A DNA stretch of 62,122 nt from Porticoccus sp. (GTDB lineage Bacteria > Pseudomonadota > Gammaproteobacteria > Pseudomonadales > CAWVSB01). Every line of letters starts with the position of its first letter. Within the stretch, counting starts at the first letter, position 1. Position numbers and translations under genes: made by a program. Positions 19,763 to 29,108 of this stretch are shown here, piece by piece. The notes beneath the pieces were generated by a model that made no database searches, was not told the DNA's origin, and worked only from the letters and a program-made list of their open reading frames with translations. The DNA lies in the NCBI GenBank assembly GCA_047628915.1, contig JBLHWB010000001.1:1-62122 (forward strand), in the 5' to 3' direction.

Positions 19763-20278
19763 TCAATCTTCGTCGTAATACATAAACGGGCCGCTGTTAA
19801 GGTAAGGTTCCATTGTCTTGACAGCGTTATCATAAATTACTTGTATATCGATTGGTGCGTTGCCAGCAGCACGGCGCGACAGCATCGTTACCGGGAATAA
19901 AAAGTGCTGTGTTTCACGATATTGCAGGGCTTTGCTGCGGCCCAGCTTGTCTTCATAGATAACCCAGTGCAGGCCCAGCTCTTTGGCCATTATGTCACCT
20001 AGTGCCACCCCCATGGCTTGCATCATCTCAGTGTCTTTTTTATTGACAAAGTGCTGGTCTAATAGGCGCTGCATGTTTGCGATGTCGGTTAAGTCGGCCC
20101 GCAAATTAGACCCCGTATTAAGCTTTAATAGATCGTCTACCTTAGCTTTCTGAGCATTCATAGCCTTGGTGTGCAGTGGCCATAAACTTTCAAGTTTGTA
20201 TTTGTCTTCGCTTTGCACAGTATTACTGGCAAATAACACGCATAAAATAGTGGCGATAAAACTGTTTTTTAGCGGCAC
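19763..20278 (-). CDS. Secreted hypothetical protein
   Basis: 171 aa with an N-terminal signal peptide (FIATILCVLFASNTVQS|ED). I recognise no catalytic motif. Confidence 0.5.
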   Translation of the reverse strand: MPLKNSFIATILCVLFASNTVQSEDKYKLESLWPLHTKAMNAQKAKVDDLLKLNTGSNLRADLTDIANMQRLLDQHFVNKKDTEMMQAMGVALGDIMAKELGLHWVIYEDKLGRSKALQYRETQHFLFPVTMLSRRAAGNAPIDIQVIYDNAVKTMEPYLNSGPFMYYDED

Positions 20279-20484
20279 AGTTATCCTCCTTTGCTCGGTT
20301 GTCTCTTATAGTTTACTAGGGCTGTTTTTAATAGACCGTTAGTATACTAAAAATATCCCTGTGATAGCCTTAATAATCAATAGATATAGGCATTTACTAA
20401 TATATTGATGGGCTGGTGTTTTACTTGTGCTGAGTACAGTGCGCTAGTAATATGTCGGCCTTTTCTACGCGACGGAGTCAGGGC

Positions 20485-21366
20485 ATGATAAAGGGCAGTA
20501 TGGTAGCCTTGGTAACACCAATGGAAAGCACCGGAGTAATAGACTGGCAGGCTTTGTCAAGGCTAGTAGAATGGCATGTTCAATCTGGTACAGCAGCGAT
20601 AGTTGCAGTTGGTACTAGCGGCGAGTCAGCTACTTTAGGTGTTCCCGAGCATTGTGCGGTAATAACCGCAGTCGTTGAAAAAGTTGCTGGGCGCATACCG
20701 GTTATTGCGGGCACTGGCGCCAATTCTACCGCCGAGGCAATTATTCTAACCAAAGCGGCTAAAGATGCTGGCGCCGATGCGGCTTTATTAGTTACCCCTT
20801 ATTACAATAAACCTACTCAAGAAGGCTTGTATCTGCATCATAAAGCGATTGCAGAAGCCGTAGATATAGATCAGATTTTATATAATGTTCCTGGTCGCAC
20901 CGCCTGCGATATGCAACCTGAAACAGCGGTGCGCTTATCCCAGATTAGCAATATTATTGGCATTAAAGAGGCTACCGGTGATCTAAGCAGAATAGATATG
21001 TTGGTTAATCAAACACCAGCAGATTTTGCTTTGTATTCTGGCGATGATGCAACGGCGATGGACTTTATTTTGGCTGGTGGTCACGGTGATATATCAGTAA
21101 CAGCGAATGTCGCTCCCAAAGAAATGGCTGAAATGTGTGCTTTGGCTATAGCCGGCGACCGCGCTGGCGCAGAGGCGATAAATAAGCCTCTGTTGTTATT
21201 GCACGACAGGTTATTTTTAGAGTCTAACCCAATACCCGCTAAATGGGCTTTGGCTGAAATGGGTATGATTGATTATGGTATTCGTCTGCCACTAACCGTA
21301 TTAGACACGCAATATCACTTGCCAGTGCGTGAAGCATTGCAGCAAGCGGGCATTTCGCTTAAATAA
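20485..21366 (+). CDS. dapA: 4-hydroxy-tetrahydrodipicolinate synthase
   Basis: MIKGSMVALVTPM matches the DapA N-terminus; GTSGES and the Schiff-base Lys context IIGIKEATGD are present. ATG at 20485 follows a GGAG. The track start at 20452 adds 11 atypical residues. Confidence 0.9.
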   Translation: MIKGSMVALVTPMESTGVIDWQALSRLVEWHVQSGTAAIVAVGTSGESATLGVPEHCAVITAVVEKVAGRIPVIAGTGANSTAEAIILTKAAKDAGADAALLVTPYYNKPTQEGLYLHHKAIAEAVDIDQILYNVPGRTACDMQPETAVRLSQISNIIGIKEATGDLSRIDMLVNQTPADFALYSGDDATAMDFILAGGHGDISVTANVAPKEMAEMCALAIAGDRAGAEAINKPLLLLHDRLFLESNPIPAKWALAEMGMIDYGIRLPLTVLDTQYHLPVREALQQAGISLK

Positions 21367-21376
21367 AAGGATAAAC

Positions 21377-22429
21377 ATGGTACACAGTAAGCGTCTATTA
21401 TTGGCTTTAGTAACACCGTTGGTTTTTTCTGGTTGTGGTGTATTTGGCGGTGAGTTTTTCAGAGATCGCAGTGGCGATTATCGCAACGCCGAGTCAACCC
21501 CGGCGCTAACTATTCCACCAAACTTAGATAGCAGTTCGATTAATAGCTACTATCCTATTCCTGAAATAGGGCCAAACGCACCATTGTCTTCTAATTTTGA
21601 AGTACCAAGACCGATGCGTCTGGCGGGTAATAACGAAGATTCTATTAAAATTAAATCCCTTGATGATCAGCGCTGGATTTTAGCCAGTATGGCGCCGGGC
21701 CAAGTATGGCCAAGACTGCGAGATTTTTTAATTACTCGCCGTATCGGTTTGGCTAGTGAAAACGGTGCCACCGGCATCATTGAATCTAATTGGCTAACTA
21801 AGGCTGACGATGACCCATATCGTGAGCGTTACAAAATTGCAGTAGTACAAGGCTTACAGCGTAACAGTTCAGAAATATCGGTATTACAATATCAAGAAGA
21901 GAAAGTAGGTGTGGCGGGTGCTATCAGCTGGAATGACCGCTCGGTTGATGCCGCCAGGGAAAAAATTGTAATTGATGAGTTTGCACGGTATTTAGCCGAA
22001 ACCATCGATGCAACTAGCTCGGTATCACTGAAAGCTCAAGGCATTAATACGGCTAGAAGAATGTATTTAGTGAGTGGTGAGGCGCCAATTTTGCGTTTTG
22101 ATTTAGCGCGTGACAGAGGCTGGGCATCAGTTAACTTTGCTCTTGGTAAAGCCGGCTTTACGGTTAATGACATGGATTCAAGTCTGGGGGCTTTTTATGT
22201 CACCTATGGAGGGCCACAAGATGAGTTTGAAAAAGAAACCTCGTTTTGGAGTTATTTAAACCCATTTGCTTGGGGTGATGATGACGAATGGCCGCCGACT
22301 GATTATCGTATTCGAATGACTGATGGGAGTAATGACGGCTGGTTAGAGCTGCGGGTTGAAAAAGACGCCGAGCAAAACCCTAATGAATTTGAAATGATGC
22401 TTAATGAAATCAAAGGAAACATGAGCTAA
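21377..22429 (+). CDS. bamC: Outer membrane protein assembly factor BamC (lipoprotein)
   Basis: Conserved position immediately after dapA. Lipobox LVFSGC. AAGGA Shine-Dalgarno 6 nt before the ATG at 21377. The track start at 21329 overlaps dapA. Confidence 0.75.
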   Translation: MVHSKRLLLALVTPLVFSGCGVFGGEFFRDRSGDYRNAESTPALTIPPNLDSSSINSYYPIPEIGPNAPLSSNFEVPRPMRLAGNNEDSIKIKSLDDQRWILASMAPGQVWPRLRDFLITRRIGLASENGATGIIESNWLTKADDDPYRERYKIAVVQGLQRNSSEISVLQYQEEKVGVAGAISWNDRSVDAAREKIVIDEFARYLAETIDATSSVSLKAQGINTARRMYLVSGEAPILRFDLARDRGWASVNFALGKAGFTVNDMDSSLGAFYVTYGGPQDEFEKETSFWSYLNPFAWGDDDEWPPTDYRIRMTDGSNDGWLELRVEKDAEQNPNEFEMMLNEIKGNMS

Positions 22430-22433
22430 TTAC

Positions 22434-23186
22434 ATGCGTTTAGCATCTTTAGGTAGTGGCAGCAAAGGTAACGCTACCTTAGTAGAGTCTGATAATACCT
22501 GCATATTAATTGATTGCGGCTTCTCGCTGAAGGAAACCACTAAGCGCCTAAGCCGTCTTGGTCGGAGCGTTGAAGATCTTGATGCAGTTCTGGTTACCCA
22601 CGAACATTCTGACCATATTAAAGGCGTGGCTGTCTTAGCTAAGAAGCACAAAGTGCCGGTGTATATGAGCCACGGCACCGCTAGCTCACAAAAAGAACTA
22701 GCCTTTGAGGTGGAAAGAATAAATTGCCACGGCAGTTTTACGATTGGCGATATTGATGTCCATCCGGTGCCTGTTCCTCATGATGCCAGAGAGCCTTGCC
22801 AATTTGTATTTTCGCAAAATAATTTTCGTCTTGGAGTGCTGACTGATTTGGGTCATATCTCGCCTATAGTTTTCGACCAATACAAAGATTGTGATTTATT
22901 ATTGGTTGAGGCTAATCACGACGTTGAGATGTTGTATCAAGGCCCTTATCCAGAGAGTTTAAAACAGCGAGTCGCCGGTGATTGGGGGCATTTATCCAAT
23001 CGTCAAACGATGGATTTTTTGCAGGCTATTAATCATGATCGCTTACAGAAAGTAGTCTTAGGTCATATTAGTGAAACCAATAATTCTACTCGTTTGGTTG
23101 AAGGCTGCTTATCAGATGTGAGTAAATTGCAAGCAGATGTGGTGCTGGCTGATCAGAATGATGGTTCCCATTGGTTATTTTTATAA
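22434..23186 (+). CDS. MBL-fold metallo-hydrolase
   Basis: HxHxDH motif as VTHEHSDHIKG. 250 aa. Confidence 0.8.
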   Translation: MRLASLGSGSKGNATLVESDNTCILIDCGFSLKETTKRLSRLGRSVEDLDAVLVTHEHSDHIKGVAVLAKKHKVPVYMSHGTASSQKELAFEVERINCHGSFTIGDIDVHPVPVPHDAREPCQFVFSQNNFRLGVLTDLGHISPIVFDQYKDCDLLLVEANHDVEMLYQGPYPESLKQRVAGDWGHLSNRQTMDFLQAINHDRLQKVVLGHISETNNSTRLVEGCLSDVSKLQADVVLADQNDGSHWLFL

Positions 23187-23196
23187 TTAGCTAAGG

Positions 23197-24462
23197 ATGC
23201 TTGCTATGTCTTATTGGTTGTTTTCTTTAGGTCTATTGAGTTTAGTTTTTACTTTGATGGCGCTGTACCCAGCGCGCAGGCTTGGTTTTTTCATGCCATT
23301 ATATTTTTTCTCGTCATTGTTGCAGGGTGAATTAGCTCCTTGGCATTTGTTATTGCAAATGCCCTTAGCTTTATGGATGGCTAATAGCGGTGGGCTTGAG
23401 AGTCTATACGGTCAACTGGGCTTAGTGTTTTATGTGCTGTCTTGGCTTGGCTTGGTGCTGGTGATAATTAGAGCCAAAGGCTCTGAAAAGACATTGGAAG
23501 GTGCCTTAGTAGAAGGGCTGGGCCAAAATTACTTGGCGACTATTGATAGTACTCGTCTGCCGTTAGTTAATGCGCCGTTAAAATTAAGTCACTGGTTGAT
23601 GCCGTTTAAGTTCAGCCGGAAAGGGGTTAAGTGTCAGTACAATATCGCCTATGGTGAGGCGGGCAAGCGTAATTTACTCGACGTTTATTATCCTGAAAGT
23701 GAAGCCGACAAACTCCGACCGGTGTTGATTCAAATACACGGTGGTGCATGGATAATAGGCCATAAACAACAGCAGGCCATGCCACTTATTCACCATTTGG
23801 TTAGCCGCGGTTGGGTCTGTGTTTCGATTAACTATCGTCTTAGTCCCAAGGAAAAATTCCCGGCGCATATTATCGATGTTAAAAAAGCGATTGCTTGGAC
23901 CAAAAAAAATATTGCCGAATATGGTGGTGATGCAAACTTTGTTTGTCTAACGGGTGGCAGTGCAGGTGGTCACTTGTCGTCATTAGCAGCGGTTACAGCT
24001 AACGCGGCTGAGTTTCAGCCGGGTTTTGAAGATAGCGATACGACGGTGCAAGCGGCGGTGCCATTTTATGGCGTGTATGACTGGGTCGACAAAGATGGCT
24101 GGCGGCTTGGTACTGATATGCAAGACATGCTAATTAAATATGTGATGCCTGAAAATACTCAGCGAGGTGATGCGGTTTGGGAGCATTCCAGTCCTTTGTA
24201 CCAGGCTGGCAGTCACGCCAATATTCCACCTATGTATTTAATTCACGGCGATAATGACTGCTTGGCATGGGTAGAAGATGCACGTTTTATGACGGCCAAG
24301 TTAAAACAGGTGTCTGATCAAGCTGTAGCTTATGCCGAGTTACATGGTGCGCAACATGCGTTTGAAATTTTCCACTCGTTACGTACTGATATCACCACTA
24401 GATCTATTATTAAGTTTTTAGAGTGGACCTATGCCAACCATCTAGCCAATAATAAGCGTTAA
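23197..24462 (+). CDS. Membrane-anchored alpha/beta hydrolase (esterase/lipase family)
   Basis: The N-terminal ~95 aa are hydrophobic helices. These are followed by HGGAW(IIG) and a GGSAGG nucleophile elbow. Confidence 0.75.
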   Translation: MLAMSYWLFSLGLLSLVFTLMALYPARRLGFFMPLYFFSSLLQGELAPWHLLLQMPLALWMANSGGLESLYGQLGLVFYVLSWLGLVLVIIRAKGSEKTLEGALVEGLGQNYLATIDSTRLPLVNAPLKLSHWLMPFKFSRKGVKCQYNIAYGEAGKRNLLDVYYPESEADKLRPVLIQIHGGAWIIGHKQQQAMPLIHHLVSRGWVCVSINYRLSPKEKFPAHIIDVKKAIAWTKKNIAEYGGDANFVCLTGGSAGGHLSSLAAVTANAAEFQPGFEDSDTTVQAAVPFYGVYDWVDKDGWRLGTDMQDMLIKYVMPENTQRGDAVWEHSSPLYQAGSHANIPPMYLIHGDNDCLAWVEDARFMTAKLKQVSDQAVAYAELHGAQHAFEIFHSLRTDITTRSIIKFLEWTYANHLANNKR

Positions 24463-24543
24463 TCTTAAGATTACCTTAATAAAAATATTAATAGTGAATG
24501 CGACTAAGGCAACTTTGAATCGCTACCGCAAAGGGAGTTTATA

Positions 24544-26151
24544 ATGAAACAGCTTGGCGTCCTCGACTCAGCGTTTATCAACCTTGAGCAACCCAATACC
24601 CCACAACATATCGGTGGGCTCGGTATTTACGACCCATCGACTGCACCAGACGGTTTTGTGCGCTTTAAACAGGTTATATCAAGCTTTGAACGTCGCTTGG
24701 CAACGATGCCACTGTTTCGTACACGTTTAGTTGAAGTGCCGGGTGGACTAGATAAACCCTACTGGGTACGAGATGAAAATTTTGATGTAGAGTTTCACCT
24801 GCGTCATATTGCCTTGCCTCACCCGGGCGACTGGCGTCAGCTATGTATTCAAGTCGCTAGGCTACATGCGCGGCCCTTAGATATGACCCGACCGTTGTGG
24901 GAGGTATATATTATTGAAGGGCTGGATAAAATCCCGAATATTCCGCAAGGGAGTTTTGCAGTCTATACCAAAATCCATCATTCGATGGTTGACGGTGCCG
25001 GCAGTCAAGGTTTTATGGCGGCACTACATGATTTAGAGCCAGTGCCAGCTCAGCAATTTCAAACGATGAATGCTGACGAGCAAGGAATATCTGACCGAGA
25101 ACCCGCTGTCGGTGAATTATTAACCCGCGCAGCTATAAATTCAGCTAAAGATGCCGTTAGTCTGACTAAGGGTGCAGTTAATCTTACTGGTGATTTAGTT
25201 AAAATGGGTTTGGCTTTAGTACGAGATGAAATGCCAGCACCCGAAATGTATGCACCTAAAACTAGGCTAAATAAGCCGGTTGGACCACATCGAGTTTTTG
25301 AGTCAGCAACGTTTAAATTACTTGATTTTAAAGCCCTAAAAAACGCCACGGCAACAACGATAAATGATGTCGCTTTGTCGGTAATAGGCGGTGCAATGCG
25401 CAAGTATTTGGAGCATTACAATGAATTACCGGATGAATCGCTAACCGCTTCATTCCCACTTAATATGCGCTCTCGCCGCAGCCGGTCTAAAGACAACAAT
25501 CAGGTTGGTTCAGTATTCGCTTCCTTGCATACTAATATTGCTGACCCTGCAGAGCGCCTGCAAGCGATTCATATAAGTACTCAGGCGGCCAAGCAGTTTG
25601 GTGAAAAAAGTCCGCTAGTTGATACCTTGAAGTTGGCGGGTATTTTCTCACCATTAGTGACTAAAGCCGCCGCAAGGCTATGGTCTGAAAGTGAGATATC
25701 CAGCACTTTGCCAACCAATATTTCTACCGTTATATCAAATGTGCCAGGTCCCAACTTTGATTTATACTGCGCCGGAGCGAGACTGGTTAGCAATCATGGA
25801 TTGGGCTTGTTAACGCCGGGCGTTGGCATATTTCAAATGGTATACAGCTCTAGTAACATTTTTACTATTTCAGTGTTAGCCGACAGGGATATCATTCCTG
25901 ATCCTGAGTTTTATCGTCAGTGTATTGAGGAGTCTTTCGCAGAACATAAAGCGGCTATTCTTGGTAAAACTATGAACAAGACTGTGGTTAAAGGCTCAGC
26001 TAAACTAAAGCCTAAAACAAAGAACTCTGTGCCAGCTAATAAAGTATCCGCTAAGAAAAAAACGTCGGTCAGAAAAGTTGTCAGAGCAAATACGTCGCTT
26101 AAAAAGAAAAAGGGGGCGCCGACTAAAGTCGTTGATAAGAAGGTTCAGTAA
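24544..26151 (+). CDS. Wax ester synthase/acyl-CoA:diacylglycerol acyltransferase (WS/DGAT) with a lysine-rich C-terminal extension
   Basis: Catalytic HHxxxDG motif present as HHSMVDGAG. N-terminus MKQLGVLDSAFINLEQPNTPQHIGG is typical of WS/DGAT. The last ~60 aa are K/R/S/T/V-rich. Confidence 0.85.
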   Translation: MKQLGVLDSAFINLEQPNTPQHIGGLGIYDPSTAPDGFVRFKQVISSFERRLATMPLFRTRLVEVPGGLDKPYWVRDENFDVEFHLRHIALPHPGDWRQLCIQVARLHARPLDMTRPLWEVYIIEGLDKIPNIPQGSFAVYTKIHHSMVDGAGSQGFMAALHDLEPVPAQQFQTMNADEQGISDREPAVGELLTRAAINSAKDAVSLTKGAVNLTGDLVKMGLALVRDEMPAPEMYAPKTRLNKPVGPHRVFESATFKLLDFKALKNATATTINDVALSVIGGAMRKYLEHYNELPDESLTASFPLNMRSRRSRSKDNNQVGSVFASLHTNIADPAERLQAIHISTQAAKQFGEKSPLVDTLKLAGIFSPLVTKAAARLWSESEISSTLPTNISTVISNVPGPNFDLYCAGARLVSNHGLGLLTPGVGIFQMVYSSSNIFTISVLADRDIIPDPEFYRQCIEESFAEHKAAILGKTMNKTVVKGSAKLKPKTKNSVPANKVSAKKKTSVRKVVRANTSLKKKKGAPTKVVDKKVQ

Positions 26152-26178
26152 GAGACCGTATTAAGTATTAATAACTTG

Positions 26179-26955
26179 CTAGTTATCCAAACTAAATTTA
26201 TCGGCATCTCTATAAGCAGGGAATTTTTGTTGATAAGTAGTTTGCTCATCAAGATCTATCGTTTGCGTGTACAGGCCTTCTCTATCGCCACAGTCTTGTA
26301 CTAACTCGCCTAAATGATTTAACAGCAGTGAATCACCGCTATAGCTTATATCTTTGCCATCTATGCCTACACGATTAACCCCAATAACATGGCTCTGATT
26401 TTCAATCGCCCGTGCAATTAGTAAATTACGCCAGTGCAGACGCCTGCGTGCTGGCCAGTTTGCCACATACAGTAGTAGATCATAATTTTGTTGGTTGCGA
26501 CTCCAGACGGGAAAACGTAAGTCGTAACAGACTTGTAAGTTTATTCGCCAGCCGCGCCAGTTAATAATTTTAAGCTTGTTGCCAGCTTTATACCGCTCAT
26601 GTTCTCCGGCCATGCTGAACAAGTGCTTTTTATCGTAATATTCCAAATTGTCGGGTGTAGCAAAAATTAATCGATTATAAATACTGCCGTTTTCTGAAAT
26701 AGGGATACTGCCGGTAATAGCACAGTTATACTTTTTAGCGGTATCTTTTAGCCAATTGACACTGTTGCCGTTCATTGTCTCGGCAATTTTTACGTTATCC
26801 ATGGTAAAGCCGCTGGTGAACATTTCAGGTAATACGATCAGGTCTGTTTTTTGTATTAATTGATTTTCTAATAACGTTGTTATTTGGGCTAGGTTTTGGC
26901 TTGGGTTTTCCCATAGCAAATTGAGCTGGGCTAAAGTGACGGTTAGTTTTGTCAT
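26179..26955 (-). CDS. Carbon-nitrogen hydrolase (nitrilase superfamily, omega-amidase YafV-like)
   Basis: Glu-Lys-Cys triad contexts LPEMF, KKHLF and QVCYDLRFP. Confidence 0.8.
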   Translation of the reverse strand: MTKLTVTLAQLNLLWENPSQNLAQITTLLENQLIQKTDLIVLPEMFTSGFTMDNVKIAETMNGNSVNWLKDTAKKYNCAITGSIPISENGSIYNRLIFATPDNLEYYDKKHLFSMAGEHERYKAGNKLKIINWRGWRINLQVCYDLRFPVWSRNQQNYDLLLYVANWPARRRLHWRNLLIARAIENQSHVIGVNRVGIDGKDISYSGDSLLLNHLGELVQDCGDREGLYTQTIDLDEQTTYQQKFPAYRDADKFSLDN

Positions 26956-26969
26956 AGGAAAACCCAGAG

Positions 26970-28430
26970 TTATGGTGTTGGAGTGAAACCTTTACCGAGT
27001 GTTGTCAGCAACGCACTGTTGAAGCTTTCTTTAATACTAGCTTCATCCCAATTGCGCAACAGGCGATCTATATCAGACTTGATTGCCACCACAGTTTTTG
27101 CGCGGCTAGAATGTATTTGCATAGCATCTAAATCGATAAGCTGAATACCATTGTTGGTCACAATAAAATTAGTGGCCTTCATATCGCCATGGCTGATATT
27201 TGCCCCTATCAACTGGTCAACTAACTTAGCCGTCAAGGCTGGCAAATGAGAGGGATCAATTGGACTCGCATCAGTTGATCTAACTGCTGTCAATAAATCT
27301 ATGCCAGCAGAATATTCGGTGACTAGCCATGCTCGTTTTCTGATAAAGCCAAAGCGTTCCTCAACTAAAGCTACTGGTAATGGCGTGTTAATTTCGTTAT
27401 AGCGTAAATAATTACCATTATGCCAAGAAGCCCAGCCGCGTGTTGGGCGCAGACTGCGGCTGACAGCGTGACGCCAGTCTTTAATATTGTAACGTTTGAT
27501 CACATAGGGTTTGCCGTTGTATTCAACTTTCGCAACAGTTGCGGTATTACCGTCTTTTAGTTGGCTGCCACTTTCCATCCATCGGTCAATATTTTCTAGC
27601 TTGTTTAACAGCTCATCACTTAAATGGTCTTTGCGGACAACGGTGATGCCCGCATTGTTTTTCGCCACCCAGAACTCAGTGCAATTACGGCTTAGTTTTT
27701 TCTTGTAATGAGACCAGCGACTTTGCTGCATACGCGCAATAGCGCTATTTAACTGGTCTGGGTTTATTATGAAATAATCATAAATGTCACTGTAGTGGCG
27801 ACACACTTCAGCGATATTGGGACGTTGCTCTGCAGGAGTTTGCGCAAGTAATAAACCTAGATTATTTAGTGCCAACTTTTTACTTAATGGTCCCTTATTG
27901 TTTTTAATCGAGGCGCTATCGACTATCCAAATTTTGTCATGATCATATAAAAAATTATCCAGATGGATATCGTCTTGATATAAGCCACGAGCATGCATTT
28001 TGGCGACAATTTGGCAGCATCTAAGTAGTAAGTTTTGCTGCTCTGCGACCTTCATACTGAGCATTGCGCTAGCAACGCTTATCGTATCTATGTGTTCGTA
28101 GACTAGCATCCAGCTTCGGTTGCTTGGCTGGCGGCGGGGTGCGCTCGCTGCATTTACTGATGGCGTTAAGAACCCTTTGTTTTCCAGCCATTTTTGGCCA
28201 CGAATTTCACGATCGTAGTCTTTTTTGCGATAAAATAACTTTCCCACAACAGTTGTGCTTGCGCGGTGTAGTTTTAGCACTAGTCGTTTTTTCGGTAGGT
28301 GGCGATAAACCTTTTGACACAGCCATAGCTCATCTTTGTCAACATCGATGCGCAAATAGAATGGTGTGGCAGGAAGTTGCTCTGCAGTGGCTAGCTGATC
28401 GCTACTGACAATATCTATTGCTGATGCCAT
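26970..28430 (-). CDS. Tandem Kdo/WaaP-family (lipopolysaccharide kinase-like) protein kinase-fold protein
   Basis: 486 aa with two kinase-like halves. The C-terminal half has an intact catalytic loop SHGDMKATNF and metal-binding LIDLDAM. The N-terminal half has DDIHLDNFLY and WIVDSAS. Confidence 0.65.
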   Translation of the reverse strand: MASAIDIVSSDQLATAEQLPATPFYLRIDVDKDELWLCQKVYRHLPKKRLVLKLHRASTTVVGKLFYRKKDYDREIRGQKWLENKGFLTPSVNAASAPRRQPSNRSWMLVYEHIDTISVASAMLSMKVAEQQNLLLRCCQIVAKMHARGLYQDDIHLDNFLYDHDKIWIVDSASIKNNKGPLSKKLALNNLGLLLAQTPAEQRPNIAEVCRHYSDIYDYFIINPDQLNSAIARMQQSRWSHYKKKLSRNCTEFWVAKNNAGITVVRKDHLSDELLNKLENIDRWMESGSQLKDGNTATVAKVEYNGKPYVIKRYNIKDWRHAVSRSLRPTRGWASWHNGNYLRYNEINTPLPVALVEERFGFIRKRAWLVTEYSAGIDLLTAVRSTDASPIDPSHLPALTAKLVDQLIGANISHGDMKATNFIVTNNGIQLIDLDAMQIHSSRAKTVVAIKSDIDRLLRNWDEASIKESFNSALLTTLGKGFTPTP

Positions 28431-28610
28431 AAAAGTGGTTGTTTGTTATGATTTGTTTGAATTCTAGCAAAACAAACGTAATTTGGCTTGGAACATTTTG
28501 TCTTTATATTGATCACTATTTATAAGTTAGGAAAATATTGCCAAGTAATATCATGCAGTATTAGAAATTGGCACTATAATTATTACTAAAGAATGTAAGC
28601 GAGAATTACC

Positions 28611-29108
28611 ATGAAAAAATTGCTGGTACTGTTAATGATGTTGGCCCCACTAGCAGTGGCCGCAGAGCAAAAAATTTATCGCACAGAAGATGAATCTGGC
28701 CTAATACGGTTTAGTGACAGGCTGCCTGTTATTGACCCTGATGCCCTTGAAATGATCGATGCTGAGGAGATTGTGATAGACCCTAAGGTGACGAACACCA
28801 TCCCCAGCGCTGGTTACGAGCAGGCTATAAAGATAAATGAGCTTGAGAAAAAACAGAAGGCTAAAGCAAAGGGTCAGCAAGAAACTATTTTTGATGAAAA
28901 AATAGCTAGGGCTGAAGAAGTTTTAGAGCAAGCAGAGCAGGCGTTAGCAAAAGGTCGAGTCAGAGGCGGTAACGACATTGTCGCTAATGTTGGCGGAGGC
29001 ACACGCTCTTCTTCAGAGTTTCTGGCACGGGTAGAAAAACTCACCGCTAAAAGAGATGCAGCTGCCGCTGAACTTGAATCGCTGAATATGGAAAAGTCTA
29101 GACTTTAG
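28611..29108 (+). CDS. DUF4124-like secreted coiled-coil protein
   Basis: Signal peptide (LMMLAPLAVAA|EQ), then the DUF4124-type start KIYRTEDESGLIRFSDRLP, then a charged coiled-coil. Confidence 0.6.
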   Translation: MKKLLVLLMMLAPLAVAAEQKIYRTEDESGLIRFSDRLPVIDPDALEMIDAEEIVIDPKVTNTIPSAGYEQAIKINELEKKQKAKAKGQQETIFDEKIARAEEVLEQAEQALAKGRVRGGNDIVANVGGGTRSSSEFLARVEKLTAKRDAAAAELESLNMEKSRL

